This document shows, piece after piece, positions 7,861 through 17,352 of a DNA stretch of 64,000 nucleotides. A program made the translations under genes and the position numbers. Position 1 is the first letter of the stretch. Every line of letters starts with the position of its first letter. The DNA lies in the IMG/VR virus record IMGVR_UViG_3300011008_000186, one strand, 5' to 3'. Below the pieces are notes generated by a model, which made no database searches, was not told where the DNA came from, and was given only the letters and a program-made list of their open reading frames with translations. This stretch comes from a virus.

Positions 7861-8328
7861 TTATTCTTTTATTGAATCTTCTAAATAACTTGAAAAATCT
7901 GAAATATCTTGCTGAATTTCATCAGTTGTAAGTCGGACCGGAACAAGTGTTTGCGGCATGAATTCAATCTCATACGCATATCTGGATACACCAACGCCGG
8001 AAATATCTTCAACTGTATACATCGTCCAATCATTCAGATAAATATAATGTTTCTGATAAATGCCTTTTTCTCTGTCTAATTCGACAAGAACAGCAATTCC
8101 GTCAGTTACATCTTCAATTGAGATTTTGCCTGTCATTTGAAGAATGCATTTATCTGTACGAGTGTTGATCACAGTCACTCTTCTTGTTACATTAAAATTA
8201 TCTGCCTGCTTGCTAATGTTGTAAGAAACCTTAGTTGCTTCTCTGTCACAACCAGCTATAGTTAGCGCAACTAAAACCGGTACCATAATAAAAATTGCAG
8301 ATATCAATACTTTAATTCTATTTTTCAT
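7861..8328 (-). CDS. lipoprotein
   Basis: 155 aa. Signal peptide with lipobox LTIAGC. Confidence 0.65.
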   Translation of the reverse strand: MKNRIKVLISAIFIMVPVLVALTIAGCDREATKVSYNISKQADNFNVTRRVTVINTRTDKCILQMTGKISIEDVTDGIAVLVELDREKGIYQKHYIYLNDWTMYTVEDISGVGVSRYAYEIEFMPQTLVPVRLTTDEIQQDISDFSSYLEDSIKE

Positions 8329-8609
8329 TTGTTTTCCTTTCTTTTTTCATTAAGTTCAGATAGCATTTCTTTTAATATAGATTCGAATTTTATAAAATCC
8401 AGGATCATCAAATCATCGAAAGTTCTTCGGATAATCAAAACGTCTTCCGGTTCATCACCATTACTTCGATCGAGCATTGAAAATATAATATGGCCGTTCG
8501 TCACATACCAACAAATAGTAACATTATTAGCCTGCTCAAATGTGGTAATCATTAACTCGGCCATAGTACTGCCCTCAAAAAAGTTATGACCAAGTCGTAA
8601 TTCATCCAT
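8325..8609 (-). CDS. hypothetical protein
   Basis: Start moved to the ATG at 8609 (MDELRLGH), which is preceded by AAAGGAGG. Confidence 0.55.
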   Translation of the reverse strand: MDELRLGHNFFEGSTMAELMITTFEQANNVTICWYVTNGHIIFSMLDRSNGDEPEDVLIIRRTFDDLMILDFIKFESILKEMLSELNEKRKENK

Positions 8610-8631
8610 AGGCCGTCCTCCTTTTGAAATA

Positions 8632-8874
8632 TCAATATTTGTATCCGATAAGATACTGATTCCAAGTATAGGCATGACCATTATCTAACAAAAATGTATG
8701 CGGATACTTAGCAACAACTACCCCCGATATAGTTTCTTCCACGATGGTTTTTACCACATCGTTTTTTCTATTGTTTCTTTTTATTTTTGTGTACCAGCCG
8801 GTACGAAAGCTAACGCTATCGCCGACATGAGTGTAATCTTTTAATCTCTGAGCTTCTTCTATGCAGTTATACAT
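8632..8874 (-). CDS. hypothetical protein
   Basis: 80-aa ORF in the operon. Confidence 0.55.
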   Translation of the reverse strand: MYNCIEEAQRLKDYTHVGDSVSFRTGWYTKIKRNNRKNDVVKTIVEETISGVVVAKYPHTFLLDNGHAYTWNQYLIGYKY

Positions 8875-8876
8875 TT

Positions 8877-10043
8877 CTAATTCTCCTTTATAAAATCAAT
8901 TTCATTAAATTTTTTCTTTTCATTTAAGGCTTTGGTTATAGCTAAATCCAATCCTGATCTGCTTTTTAAATGGTAGTAATAAAGATCTGTATATGGCGTG
9001 TTCAATCTATCAATTCTTCCCGAGGCCTGGGCCATAACTTTATACGAATAGTTTTGAGAGTAAAATATAATCGTATCTGTTTTTACGCAGTTCCAACCCT
9101 CGCAACCCGCCGTATATTGCGTCAAATACACCCAAAAATCGCCATCAGGAAGCTCGTTGTGTTTATGACCATTCCACTCAGCTATCTCGTATTCTGGGCC
9201 ATAATCCAAGCCTCTGAGAAGTTCCAGTTCGTAATCGAAATTGTAAAATATAATTACTTTTTCTTTTTCGTGGACGATGTCCAGAACAGTATTGAGCCTA
9301 CTTTCATCACTGTTTACAACTTTTCTCAGAGCGTAACAGAACGCAGCAGCGTTTTGGAAAGGCTCGCCTGTATCAGGATCTTGTCTTGTTTTGATCACGT
9401 CTTTATACAGCATTCGATCGTAATCGACATAAATATCTACATGATGCGGAACAGTATGCCGTTTGAAATCCATATCTACAAGAACCGCTCTTCGCAGACG
9501 AATCAGCCGTCCAGTATTTAAATATCTATCAACTTTTGGATAATTTGTGTAACGACTGTATACGACGTGATCTCTTAAAAATTGACTGCGATTTCTAAAA
9601 AAGCCATTAGCAATAAACACTGGAGCATAATCCAGCCATGTATCTCCTGGCGTAGCTGATAAAATTATCCAGTTATTGTTTTTAGCGATTTTTAGAAACG
9701 ATTTGACCCAAACACCTTTCCCGGTTACCTTATCTTCGTCAAATATAAAAAAAGCTCTTGAAACGTCTGTATATTTTTTAATATTGTTCCAAGAGTCTAT
9801 CTTTATTTTGTTGTCGTAATAATTAGTTTCTGGATCGGTGCTTAAACCAAATACTGCCAGCTCGTAATCCCATTCACAATTGTCACGTTTCTGAGCAGTT
9901 GTAATAATATAAAGATCCTGAGGATTGAACATTGGTCGAAAAGTTCCTATACGATTGCCACCATTTTCCTTAAAGTAGTAATATAACGCGGTTCTTGACT
10001 TTCCAGATCCAACTGTTCCTTTTAAAATACAGCCATTCCGCAT
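8877..10043 (-). CDS. SF2 helicase (DEAD/SNF2-like)
   Basis: Motif I GTVGSGKS, motif II IFDEDK, SAT-like LSATPG and motif VI QASGRIDR. The in-frame upstream codons encode LIEDFLREHQIDAVRK (the helicase Q/Ia-type motif) but contain no ATG/GTG/TTG. The true start may be the ATT at 10088, 7 nt after GAGGTG. Confidence 0.7.
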   Translation of the reverse strand: MRNGCILKGTVGSGKSRTALYYYFKENGGNRIGTFRPMFNPQDLYIITTAQKRDNCEWDYELAVFGLSTDPETNYYDNKIKIDSWNNIKKYTDVSRAFFIFDEDKVTGKGVWVKSFLKIAKNNNWIILSATPGDTWLDYAPVFIANGFFRNRSQFLRDHVVYSRYTNYPKVDRYLNTGRLIRLRRAVLVDMDFKRHTVPHHVDIYVDYDRMLYKDVIKTRQDPDTGEPFQNAAAFCYALRKVVNSDESRLNTVLDIVHEKEKVIIFYNFDYELELLRGLDYGPEYEIAEWNGHKHNELPDGDFWVYLTQYTAGCEGWNCVKTDTIIFYSQNYSYKVMAQASGRIDRLNTPYTDLYYYHLKSRSGLDLAITKALNEKKKFNEIDFIKEN

Positions 10044-10099
10044 TTTTCTTACCGCATCTATTTGATGCTCTCTAAGAAAATCCTCAATAAGTCATCACC

Positions 10100-10423
10100 T
10101 CACTTTAATGCATTTTCTATAAGCGCCTCAATGACACTCGTGACTAAGCATAATGCCTGGTCTTCATTAAAGCCGGCCTTAAGATAGCAACTATAATGCG
10201 CGTACAGCGTGTCTGCTGCTTTTTGGAGTTTCGCATTATCTCCTATTTCTGCTGCAGTAGTACCTTGTTCGTCTTTGAAAATATTTTCCCAGAATGTTTT
10301 AAACTCTTCGTCGTTCATTTCTAAAGTCTCCTCTTCTTTATTGTCAATAAATATCAATTTAGCGTCGTCAATCGATAAATAGTCATCATCCAGCGGCGGC
10401 ATCATCGTCCTCCTCCGGATCAT
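10100..10423 (-). CDS. hypothetical acidic protein
   Basis: 107-aa ORF. Confidence 0.55.
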   Translation of the reverse strand: MIRRRTMMPPLDDDYLSIDDAKLIFIDNKEEETLEMNDEEFKTFWENIFKDEQGTTAAEIGDNAKLQKAADTLYAHYSCYLKAGFNEDQALCLVTSVIEALIENALK

Positions 10424-11042
10424 AATTTTCTTCGCATTTAATAAATTTTAATTTCCCGTTTTGCTCTTCATAGATAGCCGTATAACCTTCTTCGTATTCG
10501 CATGTGAACAATAACTCGGAACCGGGGAAGTCTTCACACATCTTTTTGAAAATTGGTTCTGGCGCCCGCCAGGCAGTTGTAAATTCAATTGAATTTTCAT
10601 TCCAACAAACTTCAAAAGCATTCCATTTAGTTCCCCAGTTTTTATTACACCATTCATACCAGGTTTTTGCACCATATTTTTTCCAATTATCGACAAGAGT
10701 TCTTCCTGTTTCATAGTTTGGATACTCACCTGCTTTAATACGCTTCACGATTCTCTTGTATATTTCATCGATCCATTCTGTTGAAAAATGATTACTTAAT
10801 AACAGCATTGTCAATGAATGCTTTTTCATTTCCTCTACTGGTATACTTAATTTTTCAGAGAGGTAATAATAAATATCAAGATCATTCGAACTACCGCTTT
10901 CAACATCAAGAGACTCCGGCATTGGTACAAGCTTATTAAAGTCAAAAGGTCTTTCTTCAGATGCGTAATACTTTTTCTTCATTTTTACAATCGTATCAGG
11001 GTTTGCGGAAATATAATTCCATGTATAATTAGGCATTTTCAA
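10386..11042 (-). CDS. hypothetical protein, possibly DUF1281/Api92-like
   Basis: 218 aa. The WYEWCNKNWGTKWNA motif is typical of that family (from recollection). Confidence 0.45.
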   Translation of the reverse strand: MKMPNYTWNYISANPDTIVKMKKKYYASEERPFDFNKLVPMPESLDVESGSSNDLDIYYYLSEKLSIPVEEMKKHSLTMLLLSNHFSTEWIDEIYKRIVKRIKAGEYPNYETGRTLVDNWKKYGAKTWYEWCNKNWGTKWNAFEVCWNENSIEFTTAWRAPEPIFKKMCEDFPGSELLFTCEYEEGYTAIYEEQNGKLKFIKCEENYDPEEDDDAAAG

Positions 11043-11051
11043 TCTCCTTTT

Positions 11052-11306
11052 CTAATTCATCAATTTTGCGTCCCAGTTTTTCCTTACTCCGTTTTCCTGC
11101 CAATCAGCGCACAGGTCTTCATTAACATTTCGACCAAGGCAACATCCATAATTGGTAAACGGTCTGAATGATCCGTCATAGAAATGTACACATATGCAAC
11201 ATTCTTTCTTTGCAATATTATCATCGGCAATGCGCTTTAAAAGTTTAAGGACGGATAAAGTTTGCTTTTTTCTCGGATCTAAATGTATCGTTAAAACAAT
11301 TTTCAA
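11052..11306 (-). CDS. hypothetical Cys-rich protein
   Basis: 84-aa ORF. Confidence 0.55.
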   Translation of the reverse strand: MKIVLTIHLDPRKKQTLSVLKLLKRIADDNIAKKECCICVHFYDGSFRPFTNYGCCLGRNVNEDLCADWQENGVRKNWDAKLMN

Positions 11307-11332
11307 ATTCCATAATCAAACCTTCCTAATTA

Positions 11333-11381
11333 AAAAAGACCGGCTCCCAAACGAGAACCGGCCCGCAATAAATATAATATT
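11333..11381 (-). terminator. intrinsic terminator, copy A of a perfect 49-bp direct repeat
   Basis: Minus strand: GCCGGTTCTCG TTT GGGAGCCGGTC followed by TTTTT. Identical to 12137..12185. Confidence 0.7.
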
Positions 11382-11390
11382 CAGTTAAAG

Positions 11391-11792
11391 TTAATTTGAT
11401 GGAATGGTCTGACTATCGGATGTCTTTTTTAATATAGCCGTAGCATCCTCGGATAATGGTAAACAGAATCTTCCCTGCTCATCTATATAACATCCTTCCA
11501 TGTAGCCAATAGTCAACTTATTTTCGGCATCAAGTTCCCAATCGCCAATATCCGAGCTTCCTCCGCTTCGAACATAAACCGATCCGCCTTTCTTGATCAC
11601 GAGCATCATGTCGCAGAATCCGGCGTCGTCTCCGATTGCCTCTACTTCTTCAATGGCGTATTCGGATCCCCCGAGAATGAGAATATCTGCCTCCCATGTT
11701 CCATAATACTTTTCGGCTGGATCCGAAGAACCGCATGCTGCAAGACTTAATATCATTGCTAACGACATAATAATACAAATAATTTTTTTCAT
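11391..11792 (-). CDS. lipoprotein (moron-like)
   Basis: 133 aa. Lipobox LSLAAC. Bracketed by the two identical terminators. Confidence 0.7.
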   Translation of the reverse strand: MKKIICIIMSLAMILSLAACGSSDPAEKYYGTWEADILILGGSEYAIEEVEAIGDDAGFCDMMLVIKKGGSVYVRSGGSSDIGDWELDAENKLTIGYMEGCYIDEQGRFCLPLSEDATAILKKTSDSQTIPSN

Positions 11793-11859
11793 TTGCTGTT
11801 ACCTCCTATTTGATGTTGATTATTCTATAACAAGTTTGATTAAATATCAATAGTTCTAT

Positions 11860-12108
11860 TTACCGTTTGTTCATGCGATCGCATTCATCGATTCGTTTAA
11901 GAACTTCTATTGCCGATTCACTTACGCGAAAAGTTACCAATTCGTCATTGTCTAGTGCATCTAATGTCACATTGCAATGATCAAATTCGCCGCGTGGTGT
12001 CAAAATATCTATGGCATGAAGTATTTTGCTGCCATCAACAATCACGTCGGTTGTCTGACTATAAACATCCACTATTCCAGTTAATAAAATATGTTTCATT
12101 GGTTGCAA
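11860..12108 (-). CDS. hypothetical protein
   Basis: 82-aa ORF with AAGGAGA upstream. Confidence 0.55.
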   Translation of the reverse strand: MQPMKHILLTGIVDVYSQTTDVIVDGSKILHAIDILTPRGEFDHCNVTLDALDNDELVTFRVSESAIEVLKRIDECDRMNKR

Positions 12109-12136
12109 ATCTCCTTACTATTTTTTATTCTAGTTC

Positions 12137-12185
12137 AAAAAGACCGGCTCCCAAACGAGAACCGGCCCGCAATAAATATAATATT
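12137..12185 (-). terminator. intrinsic terminator, copy B of the perfect 49-bp direct repeat
   Basis: Identical to 11333..11381. It abuts the stop codon of the SSB-like gene. Confidence 0.7.
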
Positions 12186-12717
12186 ACATGTTAAAAGGAT
12201 CATCGCCAGGAGCAAGATCATCCTCCGGCACTTCTTCGAGAGCATACTTTTCGCTAAGTCTATTCTCCTCGACAACTACATAGATGGTATTTGCATATGC
12301 TTTATATGTTCCATCATCTTTGGTGCTGGGGGAAAGGATAATATCAATGTATTTAATCTGTTTATTATCCAGTGTTCCGACTGCATTCTCACTGATAGGA
12401 ACGGCCTTTCCATTGGACTTGACGATGTATACCTGGGGGGGATTCTTCACAGGGTTACCGTAGCGATCCTTGTATTTGACTGTTACTGGTATAAAATACT
12501 TTCCAGTATCTTCCGGATGATCCTCTCTCGGCTCAAGACGACGAACATCCCAACCAGCATCCTTCATACTAATTGCAAGATCGCTATCTTCAATAAACAT
12601 GCAGAAGTTTCTGTTGCCTGCTACATTGAAATCATGTGCTTTACCTGCAAAGTTAGGACTAGTCTTAGAATACATAATTGTTGCATTTTCGATAGTTACT
12701 GAATTTCTGTTTATCAT
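12184..12717 (-). CDS. putative single-stranded DNA-binding protein
   Basis: 177 aa. Sits directly after the polymerase gene. The acidic C-terminal tail EDDLAPGDDPFNM resembles SSB tails (DDDIPF). Fold not verified. Confidence 0.5.
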   Translation of the reverse strand: MINRNSVTIENATIMYSKTSPNFAGKAHDFNVAGNRNFCMFIEDSDLAISMKDAGWDVRRLEPREDHPEDTGKYFIPVTVKYKDRYGNPVKNPPQVYIVKSNGKAVPISENAVGTLDNKQIKYIDIILSPSTKDDGTYKAYANTIYVVVEENRLSEKYALEEVPEDDLAPGDDPFNM

Positions 12718-12741
12718 TTTATAAACTCCTTAAAAATATAA

Positions 12742-15700
12742 TTATTTGTTGATAAATTCATCTACATCACCATGGACACTTATTGCTTTTCTAGCTTCAA
12801 CTACTAAATAATCATAATAATCTCTTGCTATTGGTGTGTTTAGATTGTTTGCTACATCTGCTTCGAGCCATCTATACGTTTTCTTTATTTTTACAATCTT
12901 TCCGTTATGTTCCTCTTCAAGTTCAATGCTGGATCCGGCCACGGAATAATATTTGCCATCTTTACAACGATACAATAATCCGCCACCGCATCCATCTTTT
13001 ACTGGACAGAAACTACTAACGCGTCCTACAAACTGATAGTTATGACCTTTAGCAATTTGATTTGACAATTGATCGAGATCTTCTCTCAAAATATCATTGT
13101 CGTTTTTGTTAAGTTCTTTTAGTTTTTTGTCATACTCTTTTTCAAGCTCACTCACGTCGGGAAGGAACTCGTTCATGTCCAAATATAATGCTGAATCCCC
13201 AGTAACAGATTTAGTTTCGCACATATCGGAAAACTCGATCGGCTCTTTTGAGAACAATGTTTTAAATACATATGGAACTTGGAATTGAGTTCCGGTTGCA
13301 TCCCATTTACCGTCGTGATAGCAAATGTAAACAGCATTATTCGCAAGACACATTTTGTCATATGTAGCTTCGTGCTCGAAGTTGTATCCATAAAGCTTTC
13401 CATAATCCATAACAAATTGAATTATTTCTGGCGTGGCATTAGGAATCTTAATCGAGTCGGTTTTGATATGGGCTACTGTAAAGCCTCTTTTCTGAACCTG
13501 ATGCTTGAGATTTATCATAAACAAAGCACCACGCTTGGCTACGATGTTGTCTTTGTTTCTTGGATCTTTGAATGGATTCTCGAAACTTGCTGAAGTTAAA
13601 CCATAGACCGAATTAATTGCAATTTTCAAAGCCTGGGCCAACTGTTTTGCTTGATCAGGATCATCCAAATACTTGGCTAATTTACCATTAAATAGCTTCT
13701 TAGCCGATTCAAAGTCCTTATGCTTAATGAAAATTCTGGCATTAACTATATCCTGAAAATTCTGAGTATATTTTCCGAATAACCATTCTGCTATAGCTGA
13801 TGACGGATGCATAGATGCAATATCAAGAAGAGCTACATTATAGTAAATTCCAGGTTCTGCGTATACATATCCGCCTTCGCCAACTTCTTCGCCTCGATAG
13901 AGCGATTTAAATGCCCCTTTTTCGGTCTTTCCATTCTTAGACAATATCTTTACGTATTTGTACTCATAACCCGGAAATACGGGCTTCTCATCGCTTGTGA
14001 AGCATGTATACTCATCATCAAATAAGCAATGATCGGCACCTTCCGCCATGTTACGATAATTGAAACTTGATTGCGGATGCCTTTCGTTACCAAATATAAT
14101 CTTTTGAGTCAGTTTAAATACTGCTTCGGTTGCTAATACATCATTGCAGCAATAACTAGCAACTTCTTCCCATCTGCTTTCCGGAACCGGTTCGTCCCAA
14201 GGAATACCAAGTTCTTTATGAACAATAGGCTGATACGGTTTTGAAATATAAAGTTGAACCGTATCTATAGGGATGTCGAGTTTTTTCGAAATTTCTTCAT
14301 CACTTAGTCCGTCTTTATGGAACTTGTTAGCTTTGTCGTAATCGGACTGACATTTATTATTAAGCTCTATCTCCCATTTCTTAAGACTTTGCTTTTTACT
14401 ACAATAATCATAAATATCAGTGTACGACATGTCGTAAGCCGGACCATAAAATACAGACTTACTTTTATTTAGAATAATAGACTGTGATAATTCAAATAAT
14501 CCCTCAAGGGTTAAATGCTGAATACGACCATAAACAATATGATTATCGTATTTTCGACAGTTAAACCCTACCAGTTTCTTTTTAGAAAATTCCAAACATT
14601 CATCTGGTGTAGGATTGATCATAGTGATCACTGGCATATCAACGTCGTAGTATTTCCAACAGATTACAAAAAGATTTTTAAATGTTTCGACATCATAAAT
14701 TGTTACTGGCTCATTATCGTTTTCAACTTCGGCCACAGACCAATCAGTAATTTCTGAAACCTCTTCTTCGTGATCTTTGGACTTAAATTTAATAGTGTCA
14801 AGTAAGCCGAGACAATAATCTGCATGATGAGTGCTATTTGCTGCAAAATCCCAAATAAGTTCGTACATATCTGATAAATCGTATGAAATATCAGAATTGT
14901 AAGCATCTTGAAAAAGCTTTACGATGAAATCCATACTTGGTTTGGTACCAGGTTGGTATTCTTTGTGCATGGAATTAATTATCAATCGTCGTAAATGCTT
15001 TTCGTTTTGTATTTCCTTGCTGTTTACCACCTGGACCTCCTTTTTCAATGGTAAACCACTACTAATTGTTGCTATCGGCTGATCGTTGCATCGTGTGAGT
15101 TTTCGACGTAAAGCCCTCTTGCCTTCGCATATTTTTATCTCTATGTTTTCCGCATATATGTTATCCAGCTTCGACACGTCTCCTGTATAAATATAATGAA
15201 GATGTATTCCGGCATCGGACTTACTTGTTTCTGCATATGTTTTAGGCCAAGTGGATGCTGCTTTCTTATTTAGTTCAAAACTTTTATTTCCGTTTTCGTC
15301 TTTAAGATCAAAGTCAACAAAAATATGTGCCATCCCATTGATTTCCGGAGCTAAAATATAATGAAGCTTCGTAGTATCAAGATCTGATAATTTTGTTTTT
15401 ACTTTATCCCATGCCGTTCTTGGGCGATCACGTCCATCAGCTAATACCGTGGCATATTGTGCAGTACAGTCCTTTAAAATATCATCAAGAATGCTGTCTC
15501 TTAGTTTCAGATCAAGCCAATCGTTTGGGGAAGTTTTTTCTGAATTTTCACCCTGGGAATTTTCTTCAAAACTTTTATAGTTTTTCTTGAAAAGTCCGGT
15601 TTTAAATCCAGAATAGACTGATCTGGTACGAGCATTGTCGTTTGAACGAATATCAAATTTTTCGAAATAATTTTTCAATTCTTCTTTGAACGCTCTTTTA

Positions 15701-16896
15701 GAAAATGGATAAGGTACCTTAGCATCTTCGCAGTATTCTTTGTACATTTCGTAAGCTGTAGCCAATGAGATCGAATCTTCTTTTTTAAAAACGAAATACG
15801 AGTCAAGAACAAAATCGTAGAAATCATTTGATGCATCGATCATAGTTTCGGGAATATAATCATCATATGCACTGGGATCGGATTCATAAACCTGTTTACA
15901 ATGATATGCTATCCCTCCTAATTCGAAGTCAATGTCTTTTATCAAACGCCTGTATTCTTTTGGTGGGATTAATTTTCCGGTTGGACTTACGTCAATCAAA
16001 CGTCTGATGATGCCGGACTTTGCATCGGTAATCCTGACTGGTTTATTAGTTCCCATAAATAAAAAAGAATTAAATCGCATGTTATATAAACCTTTGAACT
16101 TTTCATTCACTGGCATTTCCTCATGTGATGTTAAAGAATTTAATTTGGTATTGTCTTCGATTCGTGATAGATCGCCGTCATGCTGTATGGCGACTAGTGG
16201 ATTGTCTTTCAATGACTCCAAAGCAAATGCGTTTCCTGCTTGTCCCAAAGCCTTTGCGTCGAACGTTCCGTAATATCCAGCGAATAGCTTTTGAATGATA
16301 TTAAGAACAGTTGACTTTCCTGTTCCACTTGCGCCATACAGCACTAAAAACTTTTGAATTTTCTTACTGGCACCATTTATTATAGCACCAATCGCCCATT
16401 CAATTTTCTTACGCTCTTTCTCGGAATATAATACGGACATCAGAGTATCGTATGCTGGCGTTTTACATTCTTCCAAAGCATATTCTACTCTCTTTGATGA
16501 GTAGTCGCTTTTCTCCGTTTTATCGTTTAAGAATATAATTTTTTCATCAAGAGGTTTCCAGTTTTCTCTTAAATCTTTCGTGCAGTATGTATGCCACGAG
16601 TTTATTATTCTTGTTGACGATGCCTTTATATGGAGAACTTTAACTCTGGGAACGTCTTCGTATTTGTTTTTTAACTCCTCCCGATACTTTTCGGCGTAAT
16701 TGTCCAGTTCTCTATCGATAATATCAAGCACATCTTGCTCGTCAGTGCTCCAACGATGTTCTTCCTCCAGCCAAATAGCATAGAAGTCTTTTCCTCGAAT
16801 CATTAAATCTTTCGACTTAATTATCTTAAATTCCGGATAGACTTCCACAACTCCTTTCTTCCCGGGACGGGTTAAAATTTGAAGGAAGTCGAACAC
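12742..16896 (-). CDS. fused SF3 (D5-like) helicase - AEP primase - family B DNA polymerase
   Basis: 1384 aa. Motifs: Walker A GASGTGKST; AEP-like HIFVDFD and SDAGIHLHY; PolB ExoI YDVETF, ExoII FNCRKYD, ExoIII YCCNDV; motif A LDIASMHPS; motif B KIAINSVYG; motif C HIKTDS. Confidence 0.85.
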   Translation of the reverse strand: MFDFLQILTRPGKKGVVEVYPEFKIIKSKDLMIRGKDFYAIWLEEEHRWSTDEQDVLDIIDRELDNYAEKYREELKNKYEDVPRVKVLHIKASSTRIINSWHTYCTKDLRENWKPLDEKIIFLNDKTEKSDYSSKRVEYALEECKTPAYDTLMSVLYSEKERKKIEWAIGAIINGASKKIQKFLVLYGASGTGKSTVLNIIQKLFAGYYGTFDAKALGQAGNAFALESLKDNPLVAIQHDGDLSRIEDNTKLNSLTSHEEMPVNEKFKGLYNMRFNSFLFMGTNKPVRITDAKSGIIRRLIDVSPTGKLIPPKEYRRLIKDIDFELGGIAYHCKQVYESDPSAYDDYIPETMIDASNDFYDFVLDSYFVFKKEDSISLATAYEMYKEYCEDAKVPYPFSKRAFKEELKNYFEKFDIRSNDNARTRSVYSGFKTGLFKKNYKSFEENSQGENSEKTSPNDWLDLKLRDSILDDILKDCTAQYATVLADGRDRPRTAWDKVKTKLSDLDTTKLHYILAPEINGMAHIFVDFDLKDENGNKSFELNKKAASTWPKTYAETSKSDAGIHLHYIYTGDVSKLDNIYAENIEIKICEGKRALRRKLTRCNDQPIATISSGLPLKKEVQVVNSKEIQNEKHLRRLIINSMHKEYQPGTKPSMDFIVKLFQDAYNSDISYDLSDMYELIWDFAANSTHHADYCLGLLDTIKFKSKDHEEEVSEITDWSVAEVENDNEPVTIYDVETFKNLFVICWKYYDVDMPVITMINPTPDECLEFSKKKLVGFNCRKYDNHIVYGRIQHLTLEGLFELSQSIILNKSKSVFYGPAYDMSYTDIYDYCSKKQSLKKWEIELNNKCQSDYDKANKFHKDGLSDEEISKKLDIPIDTVQLYISKPYQPIVHKELGIPWDEPVPESRWEEVASYCCNDVLATEAVFKLTQKIIFGNERHPQSSFNYRNMAEGADHCLFDDEYTCFTSDEKPVFPGYEYKYVKILSKNGKTEKGAFKSLYRGEEVGEGGYVYAEPGIYYNVALLDIASMHPSSAIAEWLFGKYTQNFQDIVNARIFIKHKDFESAKKLFNGKLAKYLDDPDQAKQLAQALKIAINSVYGLTSASFENPFKDPRNKDNIVAKRGALFMINLKHQVQKRGFTVAHIKTDSIKIPNATPEIIQFVMDYGKLYGYNFEHEATYDKMCLANNAVYICYHDGKWDATGTQFQVPYVFKTLFSKEPIEFSDMCETKSVTGDSALYLDMNEFLPDVSELEKEYDKKLKELNKNDNDILREDLDQLSNQIAKGHNYQFVGRVSSFCPVKDGCGGGLLYRCKDGKYYSVAGSSIELEEEHNGKIVKIKKTYRWLEADVANNLNTPIARDYYDYLVVEARKAISVHGDVDEFINK

Positions 16897-16902
16897 ATCG
16901 CT

Positions 16903-17352
16903 TTACCCCCTTTTGTTGAGGTCATCGATTTTGTGATCGAGATAAGAAACTTCACTCTTGAGTTCATCAACATCGGAATTAAGTCTCTCTTTTTCCTTTT
17001 CTAACTTTGTGAGTTGCTTATTGATAACCATAAGACTAATAAAAGTACCAATCATGCCGATGCCCACTCCGATTATTGCTCTATTATGTGCGACAGCTAA
17101 TTTGTTCATGCCTTTCGCCATCGATACGTCATTTGACGATAGTGTCGATGATAGCGTCAGTAAACCTGTGCCAATCACAGCTTGACTTTCTTTGAGATCA
17201 CCGATATCCCTCGTATTAGTGATAACCTGATCACTTAAACTGTTAGGTTTGTCTCCGTTTCCATACGGATATCTTCCAGATTTGGGCTGCTGTATATTGG
17301 TGCTATTCTTATTTTCATTGCTCATTAAAATATCATCCTTTCTAAATTTCAT
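16903..17352 (-). CDS. membrane-anchored coiled-coil protein with N-terminal SGRYPYGNG motif
   Basis: 149 aa. One TM segment (AIIGVGIGMIGTFISLMVI) and a C-terminal coiled coil. Shares SGRYPYGxG(D/E)xP with the N-terminus of 868..3711. Confidence 0.6.
   Translation of the reverse strand: MKFRKDDILMSNENKNSTNIQQPKSGRYPYGNGDKPNSLSDQVITNTRDIGDLKESQAVIGTGLLTLSSTLSSNDVSMAKGMNKLAVAHNRAIIGVGIGMIGTFISLMVINKQLTKLEKEKERLNSDVDELKSEVSYLDHKIDDLNKRG

Noticed and set aside
10448-10729. ORF 10448..10729 (-), overlapping 10386..11042 in another frame.
   Set aside because: It is entirely nested within the longer ORF, which carries the conserved WGTKWN motif, and it has no SD.
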